The translations under genes were made by a program, and so were the position numbers. A DNA stretch of 64,000 nucleotides, from assembly GCA_965215505.1 (NCBI GenBank), contig OZ244065.1:2752001-2816000 (forward strand), read 5' to 3'. Shown one piece after another: positions 1 through 9,551 of the stretch. This DNA comes from Capsulimonadaceae bacterium. GTDB taxonomy: Bacteria > Armatimonadota > Armatimonadia > Armatimonadales > Capsulimonadaceae. Numbering within the stretch: the stretch's first letter is position 1; each line of letters opens with the position of its first letter. The notes under the pieces are model-generated. The model saw only the letters and a program-made list of their open reading frames with translations. It was not told the DNA's origin and did no database searches.

Positions 1-153
1 AACAGCAGCCTGGGCATGGACAGCCTCTCGCGCTTCCGCGTGCTGCTGGACTTCCCCGCGAAGAAGATGTACTTGCAGCCGGTCACGCCTCTGACTGACC
101 CGGCGGCACCCCCTCCCGTGCCAGGGCCGCAGCCTCCGACGCCCACGAAGTGA
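1..153 (+). CDS. C-terminal end of a retropepsin-like aspartyl protease family protein (partial at window edge)
   Basis: Frame 1 reads NSSLGMDSLSRFRVLLDFPAKKMYLQP...PTK*, paralleling the C-terminus (SLGRDVLGHFLLLLNYSEKKMYAKP) of the next ORF. Confidence 0.7.
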   Translation, partial: NSSLGMDSLSRFRVLLDFPAKKMYLQPVTPLTDPAAPPPVPGPQPPTPTK

Positions 154-163
154 ACTAGATAAG

Positions 164-1258
164 GTGACAATGGCAGGCACAACAGACGGCATCATTCTGA
201 GCATCTGGGGCGGAATACGCTGCCGCCCACCACTCGCGCTTTCGGCAGCACTCCCAGTTCTGGCAGCCATTCTCTCCTGCCCCGCCCACGCTGACCAATC
301 TGCGCCGACACCGTCCGCTCTCATCCGCTGCACCCGTACACGGGCCGGCCAACTGCTCGTCCCCGTCAGGCTGACCGGCGCGAGGGGAGAAAAGGTGGAG
401 GCCAGCTTCATCCTGGACACCGGCGTCAACACATGCAGCATCACCGACGCCATGGCGGACCGGCTGGGGCTGAAGCCCGAGGCCGCGGTCGGCAGTGATG
501 GGCAGCCTCTCCTGCTTAACGGGACCGCCGCCCGGATCGCCCCCGTGCCGCTGCTGGAACTCGGCGCGATTCCCTGCGGCCCCGTGCCGTGCGTCATCTT
601 CGGCGCGAGGGCCTTGGCCGGCCCCATCGGCCAGGCCGTTGACGGCATCCTCGGCAACAATCTTCTGGATGTGCTCCCGGCCCTGATCAACCTCCAGCGC
701 AACGAGGTGACGTTCTTCCCGCCCGGCCCGATCACCGCCGACACACTGCGGTCGGTCGGCATGGCGGACGCGACCGCGATCCCGCTGGATGGGCACGATG
801 GGAGCGACATATACACCTGCATGACGCGGATCGAGTGCGGCGGCAAGTCGCTCCAGAAAGACCTGGAACTCGACATCGGTGCCGCCGAGACGATGATCAA
901 CGGCTCGGACGCCCGCGACTTGGGCCTATCCACTGGCGGCGACCCGGCATCGGAACTCATGATCATCACCGGCCCCTTCAAAGTGTACGAGGGAAAGGCC
1001 ACGGCGATCATCCTCGGAGCGGAACCCGCGACAGGGGGAGCCTTGACCTGGGCAGCGCCCATGATGACACGGGACGTGACGGTGGCCTACCCGAAAGATG
1101 ATCTGCCCGGCTTCCTGCCGCCTAGTCTGGGCCGGGACGTGCTGGGTCATTTCCTTCTGCTGTTGAATTACTCCGAGAAGAAGATGTACGCCAAGCCGCT
1201 GGCCCCAGACATGCCGGCCGTAGTGCCCAAGATCACGGACGTCGGCAAGCAGCCCTGA
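164..1258 (+). CDS. Secreted two-domain retropepsin-like aspartyl protease family protein
   Basis: Signal-like N-terminus; FILDTG and VDGILG motifs in domain 1; LELDIGA and SLGRD in domain 2. Confidence 0.8.
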   Translation: MTMAGTTDGIILSIWGGIRCRPPLALSAALPVLAAILSCPAHADQSAPTPSALIRCTRTRAGQLLVPVRLTGARGEKVEASFILDTGVNTCSITDAMADRLGLKPEAAVGSDGQPLLLNGTAARIAPVPLLELGAIPCGPVPCVIFGARALAGPIGQAVDGILGNNLLDVLPALINLQRNEVTFFPPGPITADTLRSVGMADATAIPLDGHDGSDIYTCMTRIECGGKSLQKDLELDIGAAETMINGSDARDLGLSTGGDPASELMIITGPFKVYEGKATAIILGAEPATGGALTWAAPMMTRDVTVAYPKDDLPGFLPPSLGRDVLGHFLLLLNYSEKKMYAKPLAPDMPAVVPKITDVGKQP

Positions 1259-1307
1259 TGGGACGATGGGCCAGGCGCGCAGACGAAAGAGGGCGCGGGT
1301 GGGGATA

Positions 1308-1335
1308 AGAGGGCGCGGCAAGCGGCGCCCCTACG
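1308..1335. repeat. GTAG-type REP-like palindrome (family A)
   Basis: AGAGGGCGCGGCAAGCGGCGCCCCTAC, also at 15886-15911 and 21014-21041, inverted at 15818-15844 and (one mismatch) 49102-49128. Confidence 0.85.
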
Positions 1336-1361
1336 ATCCCCAACCAGTGCCGCCCAAAGCG

Positions 1362-1418
1362 CCGAAGGGGCGGCCCACCGGCGGAGCCGGGAATAGACCG
1401 GCCCTTCAGGGCCGGGTT
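1362..1418. repeat. Palindromic intergenic repeat (family E)
   Basis: CCGAAGGGGCGGCCCACCGGCGGAGCCGGGA plus GACCGGCCCTTCAGGGCCGG hairpin, second copy at 24993-25062. Confidence 0.8.
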
Positions 1419-1545
1419 CACGCCGGGCGTCTCTCCATCCCTTGCCTTCCCCACTCCACCACTCCCGCCAACACAGCCCTAACGAAACTCCTGCGCGACG
1501 CCATAATCCTTCTCGGAGGCGGCATCGCGAAAGGAGCGAGTTCTT

Positions 1546-1863
1546 ATGACAGCTATGTCTGTCGCCCCAGGGGCGCTGTTGGCATCGAAGGTTTCCGTCC
1601 CGGCTTCGGCAGGGGTCAGCCCGGCGGGGAGCGAGGAATCGCAGCTCGTGAAGCTGACCAAGCGGGAGATCGAAGTGCTGACACACGTCATCCAGGGCAA
1701 GTCAAGCCGGGAAGTGGCCGAGACGCTGTTTGTCAGCAAGCGCACGGTGGACTTCCACCTCGCGAATGTCTACGACAAGCTCCACGTCAACAACCGCGTG
1801 CAGGCGTTCCGCCGCGCCACGCGGCTGGGCCTCATCCCCTATGAGGCGCAGTTCGCCGACTAG
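1546..1863 (+). CDS. Stand-alone LuxR/GerE-family HTH transcriptional regulator
   Basis: LTKREIEVL...GKSSREVAETLFVSKRTVDFHLANVYDKL; AAGGAG RBS upstream. Confidence 0.9.
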   Translation: MTAMSVAPGALLASKVSVPASAGVSPAGSEESQLVKLTKREIEVLTHVIQGKSSREVAETLFVSKRTVDFHLANVYDKLHVNNRVQAFRRATRLGLIPYEAQFAD

Positions 1864-1931
1864 CTCCGGCTGGTCGGAAGAAGCGCCGGCTGGGCGAATT
1901 AAACCCTCAGCAAGCCGCAGGCAACCCAAAA

Positions 1932-1964
1932 TGGGCGGGGGACGAAAGTCCCCCGCCCTTTTTT
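1932..1964 (+). terminator. Rho-independent terminator
   Basis: GGGCGGGGGAC-GAAA-GTCCCCCGCCC followed by T-run. Confidence 0.85.
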
Positions 1965-2027
1965 GCGCGCCACGCTCCGAAGTCCGCGCCCGCCGTCCGC
2001 CAGGAGGCGGCGGGCGTGCGATAGGTA

Positions 2028-2036
2028 TGCTATAAT
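2028..2036 (+). promoter_or_regulatory. Extended -10 promoter of a probable leaderless gene
   Basis: TGCTATAAT ends 6 nt before ATG 2043. Confidence 0.6.
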
Positions 2037-2042
2037 AGGGGC

Positions 2043-3020
2043 ATGCCGTCACAACCCGCCGCGCTCCGATCTGCCCTCCGATCTGCCGCCCTCCCCGCCC
2101 TGCTCCTGCTGCTCCTGCCGCTCCTGGGCGGCTGCGGGTCGAAGGCCTTCAACGCCGCCAAGGTGCAGGACGCCTTGGTGGAGGCGTACCAGCGCGCGCC
2201 ACTGGGCACGGACGACAAGGAGGCCCGCAGGTTCGCGGACAGCGCCATCGCCCTGGCCCCGAACGACCCGGTGACGTATTTCGGGGATACCGGCAGCGTT
2301 CCCGCGCAGATCGGCGTGGCGGACGTGTTCGCGCCGGTCGGCGACGACCCGGCCCTGATTGACTACATGACGCAGGCCGTCAAGAAGTTCCCCGACGACT
2401 ACCGCGGCTACCAGCTCTTGGGGGAAGCCCAGGGGCGGCAGGGCCGGACGGCGGACCGGCGCGCGACGGCGGCGCGGGAGGTGGCCGTCCTCGCCAAGAA
2501 GATCGCGAAGCCCGGCGCGACCGACATCGAGAGCCTCAAGCTGCTCCAGGCGCAGGCGTACTTCGACGCGGGGGACGCGGCGACGGGCGCGGCCATTTAC
2601 CAGGCGGCGATCCAGGCCTACCCCAAGGACTCCGACGCGCCCAACGGCCTGGCCTACGCCTACGCGCTCACAAACACCCACCTGCCGGAAGCCCTGGCCC
2701 TGGCCCGGCAGGCGCTCGCCCTGGCGCAGAAGGGCACGCAGCCCGATGACGCAAAGGAGAGAAGCGTCGCCAATATCCAGGACACCCTGGCCTGGGTGCA
2801 GTACCGGCAGGGGGACTACAAGGACGCCGAACAGAACCTGCTGGACGCCGTCAGCTTCGACCCGCGCCGGCCCGAGATGCGTTTCCACCTGGGCAGCGTC
2901 TACGCCGCCGAAGGCAAGACCGACGCCGCCCGCGCCGAGCTGGGCCACGCCGTCCTGCTCACCCCCGGCTACGCCGAGGCCGAGGCCGCCCTGAAAGCGC
3001 TGGGTGCGCCGGGCAAGTGA
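2043..3020 (+). CDS. TPR-repeat lipoprotein
   Basis: Lipobox LLGGC; TPR signatures NGLAYAYA, DTLAWVQY, FHLGSVY. Confidence 0.85.
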   Translation: MPSQPAALRSALRSAALPALLLLLLPLLGGCGSKAFNAAKVQDALVEAYQRAPLGTDDKEARRFADSAIALAPNDPVTYFGDTGSVPAQIGVADVFAPVGDDPALIDYMTQAVKKFPDDYRGYQLLGEAQGRQGRTADRRATAAREVAVLAKKIAKPGATDIESLKLLQAQAYFDAGDAATGAAIYQAAIQAYPKDSDAPNGLAYAYALTNTHLPEALALARQALALAQKGTQPDDAKERSVANIQDTLAWVQYRQGDYKDAEQNLLDAVSFDPRRPEMRFHLGSVYAAEGKTDAARAELGHAVLLTPGYAEAEAALKALGAPGK

Positions 3021-3034
3021 CCCGCCGGGCAAGT

Positions 3035-3195
3035 GACGAGTGATTGAAATCACTCGCTTCCGCCGGATTTGTCCAGGGGACAATCAGACCGGATCGGGCC
3101 GGATGACCTCCCGCCTCCCGTCTCTTTCCCCCTCTTCTGTTCCTCTTCTGTCCCCTGGACAGGTCCCGGCCAGCGAGTGATTTCAATCACTCGTC
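3035..3195. repeat. MITE-like inverted-repeat element (family D)
   Basis: Arms GACGAGTGATTGAAATCACTCGC..TGTCCAGGGGACA and the inverse; related copy at 34297-34431. Confidence 0.75.
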
Positions 3196-3282
3196 CTACT
3201 CTCGTCCATTCCGCCTCATGCTTTCTCGCGCCGCCCCGCCGGGGGCGGCACATTTGCCTGGAAAACCGCGTAGAACATAACC

Positions 3283-5757
3283 ATGAAAGTCCCCTCCCTC
3301 TTGACACTCGCCGCCCTCGCCGTCGGCTTCGCGGCGTCCGTCCCGCTGGCCGCCCCCGCCCAGGCGGATGCGGCCCTGCGGCGTCTGAGCGGCCATGTCC
3401 CGCGCGCCGCCATCGCCCGCGCCCATTCGCTTGGGCGGACCCCCGCCCAGGAGAACGTCGCGCTGGCCCTGACCCTGCCCGTGCGCGACAAGGCCGGGCT
3501 GGACACTCTGCTCCGGCACCTCTACACGCCGGGCGACCCGATGCAGGGCAGGTTCCTGACGCCGACCGAGTTCACGGCCCGGTTCGGGCCGACCGAGGAG
3601 GACTACGCCGCCGTCGCCGACTTCGCCCGCCGCAGCGGGCTGACCATCACCGGCACGCACCCGAACCGGCTCCTGCTGGACGTCTCCGGCCCGGCCGCCG
3701 TCGTCGAGCGCGCCCTGGGCGTCCGCCTGGGCCGCTACCGGGCCGCCTCGGGCCGCGTCTTCCGCGCGCCCGACGCGGAGCCGTCCGTCCCCGCCGCCCT
3801 GGTCGGGCGGCTGGCCGGGGTCGTCGGCCTGGACACGCTGGCCGTCCACCGGCCGCACCTGCGCCCCGCCCTCGGCCCGGCGGGCGGCACGGGGCACGGC
3901 GGCGGGCTTTCCCCCGCCGACATCCGCAATGCCTACCACCTGACCGGCGGCGCGACGGGCGCGGGGCAGACCATCGCGGTGTATGAGCTGGACGGCTACA
4001 CGGCGAGCGACATCGCCGCCTACGAGGCCGCCTACGGCCTGCCGCCCGTGACGCTCCAGAATGTCCTGGTGGACAACGCCTCGGGGGCGGCCGGGGCGAA
4101 CGCCGACGAGGTCACGCTGGACATCGAGCTGGCGCGCGCCCTCGCCCCCGGCCTCAGCCGCATCCTCGTCTACGAGACGCCCAACAGCACCGACCAGGGC
4201 TTCCTGGACGGCTACGCGCGGATCGCGACCGACGACCTCGCCAAGCAGGTCAGCACCTCCTGGGGGTCGCCCGAGAGCCAGAACTCTGAGTCGTTCCTCC
4301 AGGGAGAAGACAGGATTTTTCAGCAGATGGCCGCCCAGGGCCAGAGCGTTTTCAGCGCCACCGGCGACAACGGCGCCTACGACGACGGGACCGTCCTGAG
4401 CGTGGACGACCCCGGCTCCCAGCCCTATGTGACCGGCGTGGGCGGCACGACGCTGACGAGCGGGTCGGACGCCTCCTACGAGTCCGAAACCGCGTGGAGC
4501 GACGTGACCGACACCAGCGGCGGCTCTTTCGGGGCGGGGGGCGGGGGCGGCTTCAGCGGGCAGTGGCCCATCCCCTCCTACCAGACCGGGCTGCAAACCG
4601 CGCCGCCCGGCCGCAGCGTCCCGGACATCGCGCTGAACGCGGACCCGCAGACCGGCTACTCCATCTACTATCAAGGCGGCTGGGTGGTCTACGGCGGCAC
4701 CAGCACCGGCGCCCCGCTCTGGGCCGGCTTCACCGCCCTGGTCAACGGCCAGCGGGCGGCGGCGGGGCTGGGGCCGGTCGGCTTCCTCAATCCGGCCCTC
4801 TACGCGGTCGGAGCCACCGCCGCCTACGCCGCCGACTTCCACGATGTCATGAGCGGCACGGACCTCTACTATCCGGCAAAGTCCGGCTATGACAACGCCA
4901 CCGGCCTGGGCACCTTCGTCGGCGACGCCCTGCTGAACACGTTGGTCAGCGGGTCTGCCGCCGCCCCCACCGCGACCGTGACCGGGACCCTGACCGCGTC
5001 GGACACGGGCGCACCGCTTGCCGGCGCGACCGTCTCGGCTTACTCCGCGCCGGGCGGCCTCCAAGCGGCGGCTTCGGCGACGACGGGTGCGGACGGCACC
5101 TACACGCTGCCCGTCCCGAGCGGGCTGGGGCTGACCCTGCGCGCGGACGCCTACGGCACGACGGGCGGCGGGTACGGCGGCGCGCAGGCGGCGGTGGGGG
5201 CGGCACCGGCGGGCGGCACGGTGAAGATCCCGTTCGTGGTCCGGCCCGCGCACACGTTCCCGGCGGGCATCCAGATGGTTTCCGCCCCCTACTCCTATCT
5301 GGCCGCGGACGACCTGGCCGGACTGTTCGGCCTGACGCCGTCCGGTCCGGGTTTCGCCGCCTGGGACCCCGCCCTGGGCGTCTACCAGACCTATCCCGCC
5401 GGCCCCACGGGTGCCCCGGTCACGGGCCAGGGTTACTGGGCGCGGTTCCAGTCCCCCTCCCACCTGCACTACGACGGCCTGCTGGTCCCGACGGCCAACG
5501 CCTTCTCGGTCGCTCTGGGCGCGGGCTGGAACCAGATCGGCGACCCGTACCCCGTTCCCATCCCGCTGACCTCGCTCGTCGCCGGCGGGACGGCGGCGGG
5601 GGCGGCGGCCATCTCGCCGGTCCTCTACCGCTACGACACGGCTTCGGGGGCCTACGCGCCCTTGAACTTCGCCTCGGATTCGATCCAGCCTTACGCGGGC
5701 TACTGGGTCTTCGCCACCCAGGCCACCACCCTGGCGTTCACGCCCCCGCCACACTGA
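3283..5757 (+). CDS. Secreted S53 (sedolisin/kumamolisin) peptidase with pro-domain and C-terminal accessory domains
   Basis: Signal peptide; FLTPTEF pro-domain; EVTLDIE, STSWG, ATGDNG, RSVPDIA, GGTSTGAP, GYDNATGLG motifs. Confidence 0.92.
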   Translation: MKVPSLLTLAALAVGFAASVPLAAPAQADAALRRLSGHVPRAAIARAHSLGRTPAQENVALALTLPVRDKAGLDTLLRHLYTPGDPMQGRFLTPTEFTARFGPTEEDYAAVADFARRSGLTITGTHPNRLLLDVSGPAAVVERALGVRLGRYRAASGRVFRAPDAEPSVPAALVGRLAGVVGLDTLAVHRPHLRPALGPAGGTGHGGGLSPADIRNAYHLTGGATGAGQTIAVYELDGYTASDIAAYEAAYGLPPVTLQNVLVDNASGAAGANADEVTLDIELARALAPGLSRILVYETPNSTDQGFLDGYARIATDDLAKQVSTSWGSPESQNSESFLQGEDRIFQQMAAQGQSVFSATGDNGAYDDGTVLSVDDPGSQPYVTGVGGTTLTSGSDASYESETAWSDVTDTSGGSFGAGGGGGFSGQWPIPSYQTGLQTAPPGRSVPDIALNADPQTGYSIYYQGGWVVYGGTSTGAPLWAGFTALVNGQRAAAGLGPVGFLNPALYAVGATAAYAADFHDVMSGTDLYYPAKSGYDNATGLGTFVGDALLNTLVSGSAAAPTATVTGTLTASDTGAPLAGATVSAYSAPGGLQAAASATTGADGTYTLPVPSGLGLTLRADAYGTTGGGYGGAQAAVGAAPAGGTVKIPFVVRPAHTFPAGIQMVSAPYSYLAADDLAGLFGLTPSGPGFAAWDPALGVYQTYPAGPTGAPVTGQGYWARFQSPSHLHYDGLLVPTANAFSVALGAGWNQIGDPYPVPIPLTSLVAGGTAAGAAAISPVLYRYDTASGAYAPLNFASDSIQPYAGYWVFATQATTLAFTPPPH

Positions 5758-5922
5758 GGCAACCCTGCGCCGCGCCGAAACGAGACACGCCGCCCGCCTG
5801 AATTCAGGGCGGGCGGCGTGTGCATCTTGGCGGGCCGGTTAGGGTACAATAGCTCCAATCGCCCATACGTCACCCCGCCCACATCTCTCCTCATGTCTCG
5901 GCATGAGGCAAGGAGCAGCCCC

Positions 5923-6825
5923 ATGAGCCAGCCCCAGTTCCCGCCGCTGTCGGAGGAACAGATCGCGCATTTCCTCACGCACGGCCACGTCGTCATCCAC
6001 GACTGCTTCCCGCGCGCCTTCGCCGAGGAGTGGACGGCCAACGCCTTCCGCCGCCTGGAATACGATCCCAGCGACCCCTCCACCTGGCAGCAGGAGATCG
6101 TCCACATGCCCGCCACCCGGCGCGTGCCCATGCCCGAGCTTGCCCCCAAAGCCTGGCAGGCCGCCTGCGAGCTTCTGGGCGGCGAGGAGCGCGTCAGCCC
6201 CTGCACTTGGGGCGACAGCATGATTGTCAACCTCCGCAAAGGCGCGGACCAGCCCTGGTCGCCCCCGTCGGCCTCGGTCGGCGGCTGGCACAAGGACGGC
6301 GACTTCTTCCGGCACTTCCTGGACAGTCCCGAGCAGGGCCTGCTCACCATCGTCATCTGGTCCGACATCGAGCCAGAGGGCGGCGGCACCTTCGCCGCCG
6401 GGGACTCGGTCGCGCCGGTCGCCCGCCTCCTGGCCGCACACCCGGAAGGCGTTCTCCCCCAGGGTGCGCCGGAGGCCACCTTCGGCTCTCTCATCCATCA
6501 GTGCAACGACTTCGTCGAGCTGACCGGGAAGACCGGCGACGTCGTCCTGATCCATCCCTACCTGCTGCACGCCTCCAGCCAGAACCACTCGGGCAAGGCG
6601 CGCTTCATCACGAACCCGCCCATCTCCCTGAAAGAGCCGATGCAGTTTAACCGCGAAGACCCCGCCGACTTCTCCCCCGTCGAGCGCGCCGTCTTGATGG
6701 GCCTGGGCGTGGACCGGCTCGACTTCCAGCCGACCGCCCCCCGCGAACGGATCGTCTCGGAAGGCATGAAGCGCAAGCAGAGGATGCTGGAAGAGGAGCA
6801 GGCGCGGCTCGCCGCTGTGGGGTAG
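5923..6825 (+). CDS. Phytanoyl-CoA dioxygenase-like Fe/2OG family protein
   Basis: LSEEQIAHFLTHG start, WHKDGD (HxD), GGGT, GDVVLIHPYLLHAS; AGGAG RBS. Confidence 0.75.
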   Translation: MSQPQFPPLSEEQIAHFLTHGHVVIHDCFPRAFAEEWTANAFRRLEYDPSDPSTWQQEIVHMPATRRVPMPELAPKAWQAACELLGGEERVSPCTWGDSMIVNLRKGADQPWSPPSASVGGWHKDGDFFRHFLDSPEQGLLTIVIWSDIEPEGGGTFAAGDSVAPVARLLAAHPEGVLPQGAPEATFGSLIHQCNDFVELTGKTGDVVLIHPYLLHASSQNHSGKARFITNPPISLKEPMQFNREDPADFSPVERAVLMGLGVDRLDFQPTAPRERIVSEGMKRKQRMLEEEQARLAAVG

Positions 6826-6830
6826 GCAGG

Positions 6831-6997
6831 AAGGGCGAACATCTGAAGAAGGGCGAACACAAGGTTCGCCCCTACGGGTCAGGGATAAGATTTCCAGGCA
6901 GGACGTAGGGGCGAACCTTGTGTTCGCCAATTCTCCCGCCGCGCCTTCTTATCCTGATCCTCCTATCCTTCTGGCTCCCCCAGAATTGAGGGCGGGG
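6831..6997. repeat. Inverted pair of GTAG REP-like units plus a family F unit
   Basis: AGGGCGAACACAAGGTTCGCCCCTACG (6850-6876), its inverse at 6904-6928, and TCTGGCTCCCCCAGAATTGAGGGCGGGG (6970-6997; also at 20884). Confidence 0.8.
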
Positions 6998-7024
6998 AGC
7001 CGAACGCACAAGGAACAGAAACCG

Positions 7025-7738
7025 ATGGAACAACCGATCAAAGACAAATGGGCCTTAGTCACCGGGTCCAGCCGGGGCGTCGGGCGGCAGATCGCCCTGG
7101 GTCTGGCGCAGCAGGGGTGCCACGTCATCCTGCACGGACGCGAACTGGAGAACGTCCAGCAGACGCTCGCCCTGCTGGCGGACACCGGCGTCAAGACTTA
7201 CGCCGTCGCGGGCGATCTTGGCACCGAGGAGGGCGTCGAGGCCGTCGTCCGGGGCGTGCGCCAGGGACCGGGGCCAGTAGACATCCTCTACAACAACGCC
7301 GCCGTCCAGAACGCCTGGGGGGAGATCTGGGACCTCCCCCAATCGGAGTGGCAGCGCACCTTCCAGGTGAACGTCTTCGCCCTCATCGCCCTGTGCAACG
7401 CCCTCGGCCCCGGAATGCGACAGCGCGGGTGGGGCCGGATCGTCAACCTGACGTCCGGCATCAAGGACACCCCGCCGCTCGCGCCCTACAGCGTCTCCAA
7501 GGCCGCCGTGGACAAGTACACGCGGGACCTCGCCGCCGAACTCAAGGGGAGCGGCGTGCTAGTCAACTGCCTGGACCCCGGCTGGCTCCGCACCGACATG
7601 GGCGGCCCGAACGCGATGGGCGACGTGGAGAGCGTCCTGCCGGGTGCGCTCAAGCCGGCCCTGCTGCCCGACGACGGCGCGACCGGCTGCTTCTTCGCCG
7701 CCCAGGCCCCGGAGACGTGGGCAGGGCGGGCGTTCTGA
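7025..7738 (+). CDS. SDR family oxidoreductase
   Basis: [17 protein letters not shown] catalytic motif, [10 protein letters not shown]. Confidence 0.92.
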   Translation: MEQPIKDKWALVTGSSRGVGRQIALGLAQQGCHVILHGRELENVQQTLALLADTGVKTYAVAGDLGTEEGVEAVVRGVRQGPGPVDILYNNAAVQNAWGEIWDLPQSEWQRTFQVNVFALIALCNALGPGMRQRGWGRIVNLTSGIKDTPPLAPYSVSKAAVDKYTRDLAAELKGSGVLVNCLDPGWLRTDMGGPNAMGDVESVLPGALKPALLPDDGATGCFFAAQAPETWAGRAF

Positions 7739-7753
7739 CCGGGGGAAGAGCCG

Positions 7754-7854
7754 GGCGATTGAAATCGCGGCAACGAGTTCACAAAACCTGCCTTCGCAGG
7801 TTCGGAGTCCACGAAGGTGGACTTTGTGCCTTTGTTGCCGCGGTTTCAACCGCC
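7754..7854. repeat. Cruciform palindromic element (family B)
   Basis: GGCGATTGAAATCGCGGCAAC / GTTGCCGCGGTTTCAACCGCC arms enclosing two inner hairpins. Confidence 0.75.
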
Positions 7855-7877
7855 GGTCCATACACAAGGAACTAACC

Positions 7878-9308
7878 ATGCCAATCGGAATTTTCGACGA
7901 CCACGCCGACATCGGCACCGTGCTTCATCCGGGGGCGGCGGACTATGACGCCGACGCCCAGACCTACACCGTTTCCGGCAGCGGGGAGAACATGTGGCGG
8001 ACCGAGGACGCCTTCCACTACGTCTGGAAAGAGGTCAGCGGCGATGTCGCCCTGACCGCCGACGTTTCGTTCCCATCGCCCGGCAAAGACCCGCACCGGA
8101 AGGCCTGCCTCATCATCCGCCAGAGCCTCGATGCCGGGGCGGCCTACGCCGACGCCGCCCTGCACGGCGACGGGCTGACTTCGCTCCAGTTCCGCCATTC
8201 ATCGGACGGCATCACGCAGGAGGTCCAGGCGAACGTCTCCGCGCCCGCCCGCCTCCGCCTGGAGAAGCGCGGCGCGTATGCGCGGCTGTTCTTCGGGGGG
8301 GCCGGTGGCGAACTCGGCTTCTCCGGCGCGGCCACGCCGCTCGCCCTGGAAGGGACGTTCTACGTCGGCCTCGGCGTCTGCTCACACGACAAGGACGTGA
8401 CCGAGATGGCCCGGTTTTCCCATGTCGCCCTGGACACCGAATTGCCGGACGGGCCGTCCACGCTCTACAGCACCCTGGAAACGCAGGTCATCGCCTCGAC
8501 CGACCGCCGGGTCTGCCTGACGACGTCCACCCACATCGAGGCCCCCAACTGGCTCCTGGACGGCAGCGCCCTGGTCGTCAACAGCGGCGGGCGGATGTAC
8601 CGCGTCCCCGCCGCTGGGGGAGACATGGAAGCGATAGATACGGGCTTCGCCGTCCGGTGCAACAACGACCACGGCCTATCACCCGATGGCACCCGGCTCG
8701 TCATCAGCGACCAGTCGCAGGAGGGGGGCCAGTCGCTCATCTACACCCTGCCCATCGGCGGCGGGATTCCCGAGCGCGTCACGCCCTCCGGGCCTTCGTA
8801 CTGGCACGGCTGGTCCCCCGACGGCGAGACGCTGACCTTCTGCGGGCAGCGCGACGGCAAGTTCGGCGTCTTCATCATCCCGGCTGCCGGGGGCGAGGAA
8901 ACCCGCCTGACGACGGCCGCCAGCCTGGACGACGGCCCGGAGTATTCACCGGACGGCCGCTACATCTACTTCAACTCCGACCGGACCGGCCGGATGCAGA
9001 TCTGGCGGATGCACCTGGACGGCGGCGTGTTAGAGCAGGTCACGTCGGACGAGTACAACAACTGGTTCGCCCACCCCTCCCCCGACGGCCGGCATCTGGT
9101 CTTTCTGTCCTACGGAGGCGACGTGAGCGGACACCCGCCCAACAAAGACGTCACCCTGCGCCTGATGCCGCTGGACGGCGATAGATTCCAGCCCGAGAAC
9201 ATCCAAGTCCTGGCCCGCCTGTTCGGCGGCCAGGGGACAATCAACGTCCCGTGCTGGTCGGCGGACAGCAAGAAGATCGCCTTCGTGACGTACCAATTCA
9301 TCGCCTAG
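7878..9308 (+). CDS. TolB-like PD40 beta-propeller protein with N-terminal beta-sandwich domain
   Basis: Repeated SPDG/WSPDG motifs, [19 protein letters not shown]. Confidence 0.85.
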   Translation: MPIGIFDDHADIGTVLHPGAADYDADAQTYTVSGSGENMWRTEDAFHYVWKEVSGDVALTADVSFPSPGKDPHRKACLIIRQSLDAGAAYADAALHGDGLTSLQFRHSSDGITQEVQANVSAPARLRLEKRGAYARLFFGGAGGELGFSGAATPLALEGTFYVGLGVCSHDKDVTEMARFSHVALDTELPDGPSTLYSTLETQVIASTDRRVCLTTSTHIEAPNWLLDGSALVVNSGGRMYRVPAAGGDMEAIDTGFAVRCNNDHGLSPDGTRLVISDQSQEGGQSLIYTLPIGGGIPERVTPSGPSYWHGWSPDGETLTFCGQRDGKFGVFIIPAAGGEETRLTTAASLDDGPEYSPDGRYIYFNSDRTGRMQIWRMHLDGGVLEQVTSDEYNNWFAHPSPDGRHLVFLSYGGDVSGHPPNKDVTLRLMPLDGDRFQPENIQVLARLFGGQGTINVPCWSADSKKIAFVTYQFIA

Positions 9309-9310
9309 GC

Positions 9311-9528
9311 TCGCCACGGGTTGAAACCCGAGGCACCGAAGTTCCCAGCGTCCAAGGGACGCAAGAGTGAGGCGAACAAGAGGGGGACGCGGTATCGCGT
9401 AGGGGGGGGTCCCCCCGCCCTCCTAATGTTCCCTGCCCTCCGGTTCTTGTCCGGCTCCGGTTCTTGTCCGGCTCTTACGTCCCCTGGACGGCGGGCTTTT
9501 CGGTGCCTCGGGTTTCAACCCGTGGCGA
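9311..9528. repeat. MITE-like element with 30-bp perfect inverted repeats (family B) and a central GTAG REP-like unit
   Basis: TCGCCACGGGTTGAAACCCGAGGCACCGAA at 9311-9340 and exact reverse complement at 9499-9528. Confidence 0.85.
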
Positions 9529-9551
9529 AGGCTACGGTTGGAGAAAAATAA

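Noticed and set aside
3196-5754. 852-aa minus-strand ORF and similar long antisense ORFs (e.g. 40264-41856, 10670-12529, 59530-60771)
   Set aside because: Shadow frames of well-supported genes in high-GC DNA; no motifs
9311-9528. GTTTCAA/TTGAAAC motifs resembling CRISPR repeat ends
   Set aside because: They occur as inverted pairs in isolated elements, not as regularly spaced direct repeats
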